64,000 bases of DNA, from the NCBI RefSeq assembly GCF_004010195.1, contig NC_057718.1, positions 105,265,683 through 105,329,682 of the forward strand, given 5' to 3'. This DNA comes from Chiloscyllium plagiosum. Taxonomy: Eukaryota. Positions 13,050 to 26,054 of the stretch are shown here, piece after piece. Position numbers and translations under genes: made by a program. How positions within the stretch are numbered: the stretch's first letter is position 1; each line of letters begins with the position of its first letter. The notes below the pieces were generated by a model. It saw only the letters and a program-made list of their open reading frames with translations. It was not told the origin of the DNA and did not search any database.

Positions 13050-15180
13050 AGTGTTATAGAGTCTCAAAGCACGGAAACAGACCCTTCAGTCCAACTCATC
13101 CATATCAACCAGAAATTCCAATCTGACCTGGTACCATTTGCCAGCATTTGGCACATATCCCTCTAAATCCTTCCTATTTATATATAACATTTAAAAGGCA
13201 TCTGTACGGATAATTGTATCTGCCTCCAGCACTACTTCTGGCAGCTCATTTGGTACATTCACCACCCTCTGCCTGAAAATGTTATCACTCAGATCCTTTT
13301 TAATTATTTTCTCTGTCACCGTAAATCTATGCCCTCGCCCTTGGAAAAAGACCTTGGCTATTCACCCTTCTTTCTATGCCGCTCGTGATTATATAAAAGG
13401 TCCCCCACAGCCTCTCCATATAACTCAAACTCTCCAGTTCCAGCAACATCCTTGTAAATCTTTTGTGCACCCTCTCAAATTTCACAACATCCTTCCTATA
13501 GAAGGGGCAACCAGAATTGTACGCAGTATTCCAAAAGTGGCCTTACCAATGTCCTGTACAGCCACAACATGACATCCCAACTCCTGTACTCAATGTTCTT
13601 ACTAACGAAGGCAAGTGTGCCAAAATGACTTCTTCACCACTGTCTACATACAACTCCACTTTCAAGTAACTATGTGTGCCTGCATCCCCAGGTCTCTTTG
13701 TTCAGCAACACTCCCCAGGCTCTATCTTTAAGTGTATAAGTTCTGCCCTGGCTTGCCTTCCCAAAGTGCAACACTTCATATTTATCCAAATTAAACTTCA
13801 TCTGCCACTCCTTGGTCCATTGGCCAATATGATCAAAGTTCTGTTATACTCTGAGATAAATTTCTTCACTGTGCAATACACCACCTATTTTGGTGTTGTT
13901 ATCTGCAAACTTACTAACCTTACCTCCTATGTTCATATTCAAATCGTTTACATAAGTAACAAAAAGCAGTGGACCCAGCACACCGCTGGTCACAGGCCTC
14001 CAGTGCGAAAAGCAACACTCGACTATCATCCTCTGTCTCCTACCTTCAAGCAAATTTTGTATCCAATTGGCTAGTTCCCCCGGACCCCATATGATCTAGC
14101 CTCAGTAACCACTTTACCATGGGGAATCTTGTCGAATGCTTTGCTAATGTCCATATAGATGTTGACCACTCTACCTTCAATCTTGTTTGTCACCTCTTCA
14201 AAAAAACTCAAGCAGGTTAGTGAGACAAGATTTTCCATGCACAAAGCCATGATGACTATCCCTAATCAATCCTTGCCTTTCTAAATGCACGTTAATCCTG
14301 TCCTTCAGAATTCCCTCCAACAACATACCCACCACTGACGTAAGGCTCACCGTTCTTAAGTTTGCTGGGTTTTCCTTATAGCCTTTCCTAAATAATGGTA
14401 CCACATTAGCCAACCTGCAGTCTTCCAGCATTTCACCCATGGCTGTTGATGATACAAATATCTCAGCAATGGGCCCAGCAATCTCTTCCCTAGCTTCACA
14501 CAAAGTTTGGGAAACACCTGATCAGGTCCTAGGGATTTATCTACTTTTGTGTGTTTTAAGACCTCCAGCACCTTCTCTTGAACTCTTTCAAGACAACACT
14601 ATTTATTTCCTCAAGTTCTCTTGCTTCCATGTCGTTCTCCACAGTAAATATCGATGCAAAATATTTGTTTGGTATCTTACCCATCTGTTGTGGTTCCACA
14701 CAAAGTCAGCCAAGCCGATCTTTAAGGGGTCCTATTCTCTCTATCATTACCCTTTTGTACTTATAGAATCTTTTCTGGATTCTCCTTAACTCTATGCCAA
14801 AGCTACTTCATGTCCCCTTTCTGACCTCCTGATTTCCCTCAAGTATACTCCTACTGCCCTTATATGCCGCTAGACATTCACTTGATCCCGGCTGTCTATA
14901 ATGGAAATGTCGTATTTTTCTGGACTGGAGCCTCAATTTTTCTTGTTGTCATCCAGCCTTGCCCTATACCTACAAGCTTTGCCCTTCACACGAGCAGGAA
15001 TATTCTGTCTCTGAATTTTTGTTATCTCTTTTTTAAAGAATTCCCACTTCACAAACATTTCTTTATCTGCCAATAACCTCCTCCAATCAACTTCTGAAAG
15101 TTCCAATTCCAACAAATTTGGTCTTACTCCAACTTAGAACTTCAATTCTATCATTTTCCATAACTATCTTAAAACTAATA
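13050..15180 (-). mobile_element. CR1/HER1-type LINE
   Basis: ANVVPLFRKG, HGFVHGKSCLTNLLEFF, LGPLLFVTYVNDL...SKFADN. Confidence 0.9.
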
Positions 15181-15184
15181 AAAA

Positions 15185-16730
15185 TAGGAATGCATCCCAG
15201 GGTACTAAAAGAGATGGCAGGAGAAATAGCAAGTGCACTGGTGGTAATTTTCCAAAATTCGCTTGATTCTGGGGCAGTCCCAGCAGATTGGAAAACATCA
15301 AATGTGACACCACTATTTGAAAAAAGGTAGACAAAAGATGGGGAATTATAGACCGGTTAGCTTAAACTCTGTAGTGGGGAAGATACTTTAGTCTATTATC
15401 AAGGAAGAGATAGCAAGGCATCTCGATAAAAATTGACGCAGTGTGGGCTCACGGAGGGCAGGTCATGCTTAACAAATCTTTTGGAATTCTATGAGAAAGT
15501 GAGGACTGCAAATGCTGGAGATCAGAGTCGAGAGTGTGGTGTTGGAAAAGCACAGCAGGTCAGGCAGCATCCAAGGAACGGGAGAATCGATATTTCAAGC
15601 AAGGTAGACAACAGGGACCCAGTGGATGTAGCGTACCTAGATTTCCAAAAGGCCTTCGACAAGGTGCCACACAAGATAAAGATGCATGGCATTAGTGGTA
15701 AAGTATTAGCATGGATAGAGGATTGGTTGACCAACAGGAAGCAAAGATGGGGGTAAATTACTGCTATTCTGGCTGGTAATCAGTGACTAGTGGTGTGCAT
15801 CAGGGATTGGTGTTGGGACTGCAATTATTCACAAATTATATAGATGATCTGGAGTTGGGGACCATGTGTAGTGTGTCAAAGTTTATGGATGACACTAGGG
15901 TAAGTGGCAGAACAAATTAAGCAGAGGAACATACATACATTGAGTTGGCAAAGGTCTGGCAGATGGAATATAACGTTAATAAATGTGAAGTCATCCATTT
16001 TGGTCAGAGTAACAATAAAAAGGATTATTACTTGAATGGGAAAACGTAGCATGCTGCCATGCAGAGGGACCTGGGTGTCCTTGTGCGTGAATCACAGAAG
16101 GTTCGTCTGCAGGTACAAGTAATTGGAATGTTCTCCTTCATTGCTAAAAGGATTGAGTTTAAAAAGCAGGGAGGTTATGTTGTAGCTGTATAGGGTGCTG
16201 GAGAGGCCACACCTGGATACTGTGTGTAGTTTTGGTCTCCTTACTTGAGAAAAGATATACTGGCACTGGAGGGGGTGCAGAAGAGGTTCCCTGGATTGTT
16301 TCTGGAGTTGAGGGGTTTGGCTTATGAGGAGAGGCTGAGTAGACTGGGATTATATTCATTGGAATTCACAAGAATGAGGGGGAATCTTATAGGGACATAA
16401 AATTATGAAGGGAACAGATAAGATAGAAGTAGGATGGATGCTTCCACTGGCAGGTGAAACTAGGACAAGAGGGCATAGCCTCAAGATTAGAGGAAGCAGA
16501 TTTAGGACTGAACTGAGAAGGAATCTATGGAATTCCTTGCCCAGTGAAGTAGTTGACGCTGCTTCAGTAAACGTTTTTAAAGCTAAGATGTTTTTGAACA
16601 ATAAAGGAATTAAGGGATACAGTGAGAGCATAGATAAGTAGATCCGAGTCCACAGCCATGATCTTATTGAATGGCGGAGCACGCTCGAAGGGCCAGATGG
16701 CCTACTCCTGCACCTAGTTCTTATGATCAC
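15185..16730 (+). mobile_element. CR1-type LINE carrying a ~100-bp PLE-derived insertion (~15500-15598)
   Basis: GMHPRVLKEMAGEIA, SCLTNLLEFYE, VDVAYLDFQKAFDKVPH, TRGHSLKIRG. Confidence 0.9.
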
Positions 16731-18315
16731 ATGCCCCAAAATACACCCCAATTAACACCTCAGTCACTTGCCCTGCCTGGTTTCCCCAAAAGAAGATCAA
16801 GTATTAGTCCTTCTCTAATATATACAACCTCATATTGAATAAGAAAGTTTTCTTGTAACACTTAGATACCTCCCCATCCAAGCCTTTTAACACTATGATA
16901 GTCCAACTCTGCTGGGAAAGTTAAAATCTCCTACCATTACAACCTTATCATTCTTACAGGTGTAAGAGATCTCCTTACATATTTGGTTCTCAATTTACTG
17001 ATAAGGTGACAATCCCTTTCTTATTTCTCAGTTCCACCCAAATAACTTCACTCAATGTACTTCCTGGAATATCTTCCTTAAGCACAGCTGTAATGTTATC
17101 CCTAACCAAAAAAGCCACTCCCCCTCCTCTCCTGCATCCCTTTCTATGGCATCTATACTCCAGAACATTAAGCTGCCAGCCCTGAACCATGATTCTGTAA
17201 TAGCTGTGATATCCAAGTCCCAAATTCCCAACTATGCCCTACATTCATCTGCCTTTTACCTGTCAGGCCTCTTGTATTGAACTAAATGCAGTTTATCAGT
17301 CTTATGGCTTGCTCTTCTTATCTACCATATCAGACACATCTATCAGCTAATGAAGGAGTGGCGCTCCGAAAGCTAGTGTGCTTCCAATTAAACCTGTTGG
17401 ACTATAACCTGGTTTGTGTGGTTTTTAACTTCGTATCAGACACAGCTTTTTTTCCTTACTCACTATCACTTTAAAGTTTAAAGCTTCCCCAGTTGATTTA
17501 GATTAGTTTGGATTAGATTCCCTGCAGTGTGGAAACAGGCCCTTCGGCCCAACACCGACCCTCTGAACATAACCTTCAACTCCACGTTCCCACCTATAAT
17601 CCCCAATTACCTCTGATTTAAAAAGTCTCTTTCAGCCTTCTGACAAAAAAAATCCTCCTTTTTTCTGTCTTACTTATACTATATCCTCAGTCTTAAATTT
17701 TTCCATAAGTGTAAACATCAGTTGTTTCACCCAAATAACTTCACTCAACGTACTCCCTGGAATATCTTCCCTAAGCACAGCTGTAATATTATCATTACTT
17801 TTCTTATTAGTCAGAAATTGCAATTAACATAACACATCTCCTAACAAAACAGGATATATTTGCAGTTAAAAAGATAGCAAGACTTGATATTTTAAAGCTT
17901 CTGTTTACTACTTACTTTACAGAGACTACAGTTAACAAAGTTTGCATTTCTAACATGCTGCATTGTTAAAAATGGTCCTGAATGAATGAATCACAACAAT
18001 TAAACTACTATAGTACACAGTCAAAATGCCAAAGTACACAATATAAAGCATTTAAGGCAATTACATACTGCAATGAAAGCCCACATATAGAATTTTTACC
18101 AACTTGTTTCAAATGCTGCCCCATACAATCTAAAAACTGAGAAATATGCTGCCACTGGACAATGCTATTTCAAGTTGGATATTAAATTTTTATGCCTGTC
18201 ATGCATGACCTAACAGACAGTGCATTTTGTCATGTTTCACAATTGTGAAATTCCTTGTTATAGCCCTTCAACAAATTCTACAAAACTCAGAGAATTAATC
18301 GCTTCATAACTGGCA

Positions 18316-18689
18316 GGAACAGAGAGTGATCCGGTCCCAGGGACAGACCACAAACCGGGACAGAGTGTGATCCCGTCCCGGGGCAAACCACAAACCGGGA
18401 CAGAGTGTGATCCCGTCCCGGGGACAGAGTGTGATCCCGTCCCGGGGACAGACCACAAACCGGGACAGAGTGTGATCCCGTCCCAGAGACGGGCCACAAA
18501 CCGGGACAGAGTGTGATCCCGTCTCGGGGACAGAGTGTGATCCCGTCTCGGGGACAGACCACAAACCGGGACAGAGTGTGATCCCGTCTCGGGGACAGAC
18601 CACAAACCGGGACAGAGTGTGATCCCGTCCCAGAGACGGGCCACAAACCGGGACAGAGTGTGATCCCGTCCCGGGAACAGACCACAAAA
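18316..18689. repeat. GC-rich modular minisatellite (~24-bp module A plus ~17-bp module B)
   Basis: 10 copies of GGGACAGAGTGTGATCCCGTCYC and 8 of GRGACRGRCCACAAACC-like modules; explains the repetitive ORFs at 18258-18824. Confidence 0.95.
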
Positions 18690-18749
18690 TAAAGGGAAAG
18701 CTATGAAACCCTTGGCTGAAGTAACAAAAAGCTCAGATTCCTTGAGTTC

Positions 18750-19420
18750 TCCCGGTGCGGGGGGGGAGGGGGGAAGGAGTGGGGAAAGGGGGGGTGGGGG
18801 GAGAGGCCGGTTGCCCGCTCTCACCTGTCGCCATGGTGCCGCTGGGCGCGAGCCGGGACAGCCAGCTCCCGCTCCCTCTCAGGCGGGACTGGGGCACCGG
18901 GAGCCGGCCCCTGGAGGCGGCACGGGCGGGGCGGGGCGGGGCGGGGGAAACTGACAACCGGCCCCGCCCCCGGCGCGCCGCTGCAGCCAGGCGGTGAGCG
19001 CGGCAGAAAACGCGCTCCCGAGGCAGGAGGCGCCGGGCGCGATGCGCGCTCCCGTCCCCGGGGGCAGGGTCCGGTCTCAGATCACGGCCTTACCGCCCTC
19101 GCAGTTTGACCTCTGACGGGGGAGAGGACGCCCCGTGAAGCGGGGAAGTCCGGATCAGGGTTTGAGGGGGGTGTCCGGCTGGGAGGGCGGGGGGAGTGGC
19201 CGGGCGGGGGAGGGGAGGGGGTCCGCGTCTCTGGGATTGAAGGGGGTCCCTGATCCCGCTCGCGCTCCCACCTTCGCACTCCGGTGGACAGCCAGCTGAT
19301 TAGTCCCCGCCCCCTCTTGCATTCCTATCGGTTCGCCGCAGCGACGGACAGGCGGTACAGCCTATCAACGATCGGCACGTCGGCCTCACGTCAGACGTGG
19401 GTGAAGGAGAGATGAGAGAT
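18750..19420 (-). promoter_or_regulatory. UGP2: CpG island / UGP2 promoter with tandem GC boxes
   Basis: Very GC- and CpG-rich; tandem GGGGC repeats (Sp1 boxes) at ~18924-18946; CRE/ATF-like CACGTCAGACGTGG ~19387-19400. Confidence 0.8.
18825..18834 (-). CDS. UGP2: UGP2 coding first exon (ATG GCG ACA G)
   Basis: ggcaccATGG Kozak followed by ACAG|gtgaga, inside the CpG island. The phase-1 end matches the phase-1 start of the exon at 7513. Confidence 0.75.
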
Positions 19421-21904
19421 GGGAGATGGGGGATGGGGGATGGGGGAGGAGTGGGCCGTTCAGCTGTTGGTGTGAGGCGAGGCAACATCCGAGGAGCAAA
19501 AGTCCTTCATCAGGAATAGAGGCAGGAAGCCTCCAGGGTGGGGATCGCATGTGTTACTCAGTCTACACTTCAGGAGAGTTCAATGGGAGACTGTTTCTTA
19601 TGTTGCATCACGCTTTAGAAATTCAAAGTTAATATAATATTTTAAAAGAATGTTAAAGAGAGTGAACCAGTGTATGCATTGAGTGAAACCAAACAGTATT
19701 GTACTGTCTATTCAATCTTAGGAATAGTTCTGCCCTAGTTAGGATAAGGATAAGCTCCTGAGGGAGCTTGAAAGTGTAGATGTGGAAAGGATGTTTCCTT
19801 TTGTTAAAGAATCTAGAACTAGGGGTCAAAGATTAAAAATAAAGGGACACTCAATAAGGAGCCAAGGCTTGGTGTGGATTGGAGTCTACGTGACAGTGTG
19901 GTCTGGGGTTGGAAGGCCATTGTCCTGAACTATTATTTCTGCAAAGCTGAACTTTTTACTTCTCTATTTCCTAAGATCTTGTAACTAAAGAAGCTGTACC
20001 TAGGTATCTTTCTACCTAAGATGCTGCTATAAATGGTGATTTATAAATGTTTTACTGTCCTCATTTGAGTAAGTGACAATAAAGCTAATTCAATTAAGAT
20101 GGAGATGAGGAAACATTTTCTCTCATAGGATTGGGATTCTTTGGCATTCCCTTCCTCAAAAGTCAGTGGATGTGGAACCTTTAACATTTTTTCTTAGGCC
20201 AAGGTAGATAGATTCTTAATGATGATGTGGATAAGCGAATATCTTTGTTACACAGTAATGTAGAAACATAGATGATAGGATCAGGAGGAGGCCATTCAGC
20301 CCTTTGAGCCTGCTTCACCATTCATCACAATCATAGCTGATCGTTCAAGTCAATAGCTTAATCCTGCTTTCTCCCCATAACCTTTTATCCCTTTGCCCCA
20401 AGTGTTACATCTAGCCGCCTCTTGAATACATTCAATTTTTTGGCACCAACTACTTCCTGTGGTAATGAATTCCACAGGTTCACCATTCTTGGTGAAGAAA
20501 TGTCTCCTCATCTCTGTCCTAAATGGTCCACCCTGAATCCTCAGACTGTGACCCCTGATTCTGGATACACCGTCATCAGGAACATCTTCCTTTCATCTAC
20601 CCTGTCTAGTCCTGTTAGAATTTTATAAGTCTCTATGAGAACAGAGTTGACATTGAAAGCATTTTAGCTTTGATCTTGTTGAATGGAAGAGCAGACTTGA
20701 ACAGCCTACTCTTCTGGATCGTTGTTCGAATGAGAGAAAGAAACATTGTCTTGTGATGGAAAGCACAAATTCCAATGTCAATATAATTATAATGTAATGA
20801 TTGATGTAAATACAAACCTTTGTAACTGAGTTTCTAAGAAAATTAAGAGCAAAGTACAGTGTAAAGACAGTCTTTAAATTGATTTAATTTATATATTACC
20901 ATCTGTCTGAGCATTGTCTGACACACCTCTGTGGCCATGGCCATGGCCATCATTTAATGAAGTGCTTTTTGAACCTAGACACGAGATCCGCAGGTGAGTT
21001 TACACATAGGTTATTATTACAGACCAAGGGGAGAATCAGCACATTGATGTTAAATATTTTATATTCAACCTGTTGAGAAATGTTATTACACACATCTGGA
21101 GCAGGTGGGATTTGAACCCAGGTCTCCAAGTCCAGGGGTAGCGACACAGCCCCTGCACATTCATTTAAGGAAACTTATTCAGACACAGAATTTACATGAG
21201 GTTCAATTTAAAGGAAATTGTCACAATGGGAGTGTGGAGAGATATATATACATAAATCCTTTTGAAAGATTCCTTGCCCTGTGATTTGTCAATTGGCAGG
21301 AACAAAACAAAAATCAGAACAAAAAAATCATCCATTTGGAGACCTGAGCTGACTGGCTCTGTCACCTGTGTAGCTACGTGATACATTGTAACCAGAGTTT
21401 TTTCTGATAGCAATCCTTACTTTACTAATTCAGAACCAAGTACAATATTTCCTTAATCACTGAGGTGTGACAGGATCTGAAATTGTGATTGGTGGAATCT
21501 GGGGTATGGCTTAAGATATTTCATTGTCCTTAAGCCTTCTGTAAAATGACACTATGTTCTTCCAAAGAATGCTATTTAGTCAGATGCTCTGCCTGTTTTG
21601 TTGTGCCCTTCAGAAGCAATCCAACTTGGGGAATCGGAGCTGCCACATGCATTAATCATCTGCCAAAAAAAAAGCTTTGATCACTTGTCCCTGTAAATCA
21701 AGTTGTGATGTTAAATCCTCTTGTGAGAAAATCCAGAATTAGGAATCACTGAGGGTCCTCTATTTACAATGGAGATGAGAATTAGTTTTTTGACAGAGGG
21801 TCATGAGTCTTTGGAACTGTTTTCCTCTAAACATGGTGGAATGCTTGAATATTTTTAAAGCAGAAGTAGGTAGAATCTTGTTGAGTTTGGAATTAAAGGT
21901 TTTT

Positions 21905-22212
21905 TATTAGATTAGATTACATTACAGTGTGGAAACAGGCCGGTTGGCCCAACAAGTCCACACCGACCCGCCGAAGCGCAACCCACCCATATCCCTACAT
22001 TTACCCCTATACCTAACACTACGGGCAATTTAGCATGGCCAATTCACTTAACCTGCACATCTTTGGACTGTGGGAGGAAACCGGAGCACCCAGAGGAAAC
22101 CCACGCAGACACGGGGAGAACGTGCAAACTCCACACAGTCAGTCGCCTGAGGCGGGAATTGAACCCGGGTCTCTGGCGCTGTGAGGCGACAGTGCTAACC
22201 ACTGTGCCGCCC
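21905..22212 (-). mobile_element. HE1-type (V-SINE) tRNA-derived SINE, full length
   Basis: Head GGGCGGCACAGTGGTTAGCAC with B box GGTTCAATTCCC; V-domain TGTGTGGAGTTTGCACGTTCTCCCCGTGTCTGCGTGGG; LINE-like tail ending in (TAATC)n. Confidence 0.9.
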
Positions 22213-22339
22213 ACATTGTATCCATTGTAAGCAGGAATGTGGAGTAAACAGGTCAGACAGGATCTTATTGAATGGGAACAGGCTCCAAAGGCCAAATGGC
22301 CTGCTACTCTGTCTATTTCTCCTGCATTGCAACCCACCT

Positions 22340-24750
22340 GTGATCATAGAACGGCCCTCAATATTGTGTTGGCCTATCCTACTCTTCATTGGACTATCTT
22401 CCATGTGCCTATCCAAGAGTCGCTTAATTGTTCCTAATGTATCTGACTGTACTACCACTGCTGGCAGTGCATTTTACGCACCGACCACTCTTTGTGTAGA
22501 GGACCGACCTCTGACATGTATCCTAAACTTTCCTCCAATCACCTTAAAATTATGTCCCCTTGTGATAGACGTTTCTGCCATGGCACAACGTCAACTATAT
22601 GACTTTCAACATCTTGTACACCTTTATGGGCGGCATGGTAGCTCAGTGGTTAGCACTGCTGCCTCACAACGCCAGAGACCCAGGTTCAATTCCCGCCTCA
22701 AGCAACTGTCTGTGTAGAGTTTGCACATTCTCCCCGTGTCAGCCCCGGTTTTCTCCGGGTGCTCGGGTTTCCTCCCACAGTCCAAAAATGTGCAGGTTAG
22801 GTGAATTGGCCATGCTAAATTGCCCGTAGTGTTAGGTGTAGGGGAATGGGTCTGGGTGGGTTGCTCTTCGGAGGGTCGGTGTGGACTTGTTGGGCCGAAG
22901 TGCCTGTTTCCACACTGTAAGCAATATAATCTATCAAGTCATCTCTCGTCCTTCTTCGCTCCAATGAGAAAAGCCATAGCACCTCAACCTATTTTCATAA
23001 GACGTGCCCTCCAGTCCAGACAGCATCCTGATAAATCTCCTCTCTCAAGCTTCCTATAATGAGGCAACCAGAACTTAACACAACATTCCAAGTGTGGTCT
23101 AACCAGAGCTGCAGTATAACCTCGCAGCTCTTAAACGCAATCCCGCTGCTAATAAAACCAACACACCATATGCCTTCTTAACAATCCAATCAACTTGAGT
23201 GGCCACTTTGATGGATCTATGGACATAATCCCCAAGATCTCTCGGTTCCTCCACAATGCTTCCTTTAGCCCTATATTCTGCATTCAAATTCAACCTTCCA
23301 AATTCCAACACTTCTCACTTTTCAAGGTTAAACTCCATCTTCCACTTATTAGCCCAGTTCTGCATCCTGTCAGTGTCTCGTTGCAACCTAGAACAGCCCT
23401 CTGCACTATCCACAACTCCAATCTTGTGTCATCGTCAAACTTACTAACCCACCTTTTTATTTCCTCATCCAAGTCATTTATAAAAATCACAAAGAGCAGA
23501 GATCCCAGAACCGATCCCTGCAGAACACCATTGGTCACAAAGCTCTAGGCTGAATACTTTCCATCTACTACCACCCTCTCTCTTCTATGGGCCAGCCTAT
23601 TCTGTATCCAGACAGCCAGATTTCCCTGCATTCCATGCCATCTTACTTTCTGAATGAGTCTATCATGGGGATTCTTATCAAATGCCTTGCTAAAATCCAT
23701 GTACACCACATCCACTGCTCCACCTTCATCGATGTGTTTTTGTCACATTCTCAAAGAATTCAATAAGGTTTGTGAGACATGTCCCTTGTTCATCTCTTAA
23801 ATGTAGAATGCCTTAGCGTTTTCATTAATCCTACCTGCCAAGGCTTTTTCATTTCCCTCCTTTTACCTCTCCTACATCCATTCTTCAGTTCCTTCCTGCC
23901 TATCTTGTAACCCTGTTTGATCCTTGCCACCTCAATTTTACGTAAGCTTCCTTCTTCCTCTTGACTAGATGTTCCACATCTCTTGTCACCCAAGGTTCTT
24001 TCAACCTAGCATCCCTTCCTTGCCTCAGTGGGACAAACCTGTCCAACACTATCAACAAGTGTTCCCTAAACAAACTCCACATTTCTGTCATGCATTTCCC
24101 TGAAAACATATGTTCCCAATTCAGGTGCCCCAGTTCCTGCCTAATAGCATTGTAATTCCTTCTCCCTTTTCCCATACCATCTGTTCCTATCCCTCTCCAT
24201 GAGTATTAGTAAAGGCCAGAGAGTTGTGATCATTATCACCAAAATGCTCTCCCACCGAGAGATCTGACACCTCACATGGTTTGCGCCAAGCAGCAAATCC
24301 AACATGGCCTCCCCTCTAGTCAGCCTATCTACATATTGTATCAGGAATCCTTCCTGGACACGCCTGACAAAAACTGCTCCATTCACACTACTTGAACTAA
24401 GGAGATTCCAATTAATATTAGGAAAGTTAAAGTCACCCATGACAACAACCCTGTTACGTCTGCACCTCTCCAAATTCTGCCTCCCAATCTGCTTTTCCGT
24501 GTCTCTGTACTATTGGGGGGCCTGTAAAAAACTCCCAAGAAAGTGACTACTCCTTTCCTGTTTCTGATTTCCATTCATACTGACTCCGTAGACAAACCCT
24601 CCTCAATGACCTCCCTTTCTGAGCTGTGATACTATCCCTGAATAGCAATGCCATTCCTCCACCTCCTTTACCTCCTCCCACCCCCTTATTCCTTTTGAAA
24701 CATCTAAACCCTGGAACATCTAACAATCATTCCTGCCCCTTTCATATCCT
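22340..24750 (-). mobile_element. CR1-type LINE (endonuclease to 3' end) interrupted by an HE1 SINE
   Basis: GVFYRPPN and VVMGDFNFPNINW (APE endonuclease); [20 protein letters not shown] (RT). Confidence 0.9.
22628..22930 (+). mobile_element. HE1-type SINE, full length
   Basis: A box TAGCTCAGTGG, B box GGTTCAATTCC, V-domain and tail. Confidence 0.9.
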
Positions 24751-25973
24751 GATCACTTCAGGGTCCTCTTGGAATTAGAAACTCCCCCTGGAAAGCACAT
24801 TGACTTTACTGGCACTTTGAGGAAGATTAAATCTCAGCATGGCAAAAGGCCCTTTGGCCCTCGTGTCCACATGAATGATCAAACATTAATTTATTCACAT
24901 CCTATTTTACAGCACTTTCCTCATAGATTGTAAATGAAACAATCTGTAATTCCAAGTGTCTTTTCTGACATTTGATCTTTAATGTGAACTGAGTCTTCAC
25001 CTATTTTCAATCCATTGGTTTCTCCCTATTTGGAGTCACATTCACATTGGGCAAGAAGTCTGAGCTGAAACTGACAGTCAATCTTCCAAAACCTTTGGGG
25101 GGAATACTCGCTGGGAATTTAGTCATTTCAGCCAGATCATGACCCTTCTGAAGGATAACAAAGTTATTTGTATCTTTTTGTTTTGTGAAAAAGTTAGTGA
25201 ATGGGCAAGGTAGTTATGTACTGTGACATACAAGTCGTTTTGTAAGATATTTTCTAATCAACCTGTTCAGAGATGTTATGGCACTCCTCCGGAGTAGGCC
25301 TCCTAGTTTAGAATTAGAACTACTGCTTCACCAGAAGAGCCCCTCCAGTTGTTTTGTAATGATGTAGGCAATAGTGGAATTAATTAAATGTAGCACCATC
25401 TCCTGATTAGTGAACTAATTACACCCTTTGTCTTGTGATCCAGCTGGACAGTTTCCAATGAAACCTACCTCTATGTTCATTTAGCCACCACACCTGCCCT
25501 CCAGTTGGTTAGTAAAACTTACTGGAATGTATAACCATCATGTTATTGCATCAATGTGTAGGAATGCATCTCATCAACCAGACACTCTAGACTGCATTCA
25601 ATTTTTTGCCATTCTGTGATTTCACAGAGTTTCCACCCCTTGTGTTTAATTTAGCACCACTCCCCGAAACCATCCTAAACTACATGTAACTCCTTCATCA
25701 GTAAGGTGTTTACATCAAGTTCAGTCAGTAGTAATAAATTGGAGCATATTATTATATAAAAGGTTCTACATGAAAACAAATTAGTAATTGAATAAAACTA
25801 CCCCGGAGAAATCGAACAGCTCCAGAAAACAATGTCACAGATTTAATCAAATAGGAAAGTCAGTCTAACTCACATCTATCGATTATCTTGCTGTCAATAA
25901 CAAATTTGTTTGTTATTGGAATTAATTAATTAATTATTAATTAATACATTTTCAGTGTTTGTTCTTGTGATTC

Positions 25974-26054
25974 TGACTTCAATTATGTGTTTATTTCATA
26001 TAAATTCCAATTATTAATTGGAATTAATATGAAATAAACACATAATTGAAGTCA
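25974..26054. repeat. Near-perfect 81-bp AT-rich palindrome
   Basis: 40-bp arms, 1-nt centre at 26014, one mismatch. Confidence 0.95.

Noticed and set aside
17030-17790. ~65-bp direct repeat at ~17035 and ~17727
   Set aside because: Both copies are pieces of a CR1 endonuclease region also present at the window start; ordinary repeat debris.
18316-18689. CRISPR-like appearance (palindromic repeat with intervening segments)
   Set aside because: The intervening segments are near-identical rather than unique spacers, the context is eukaryotic, and no cas genes are present.
18258-18824. Long overlapping ORFs (188, 132 and 127 aa) with repeated GTGSHSVPVCG / RDHTLSRFV peptides
   Set aside because: They result from a stop-free minisatellite read in all three frames; it lies in UGP2 intron 1 and has no gene features.
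22628-22700. tRNA-like sequences with A and B boxes
   Set aside because: These are SINE heads followed by the V-domain and LINE tail, not tRNA genes.
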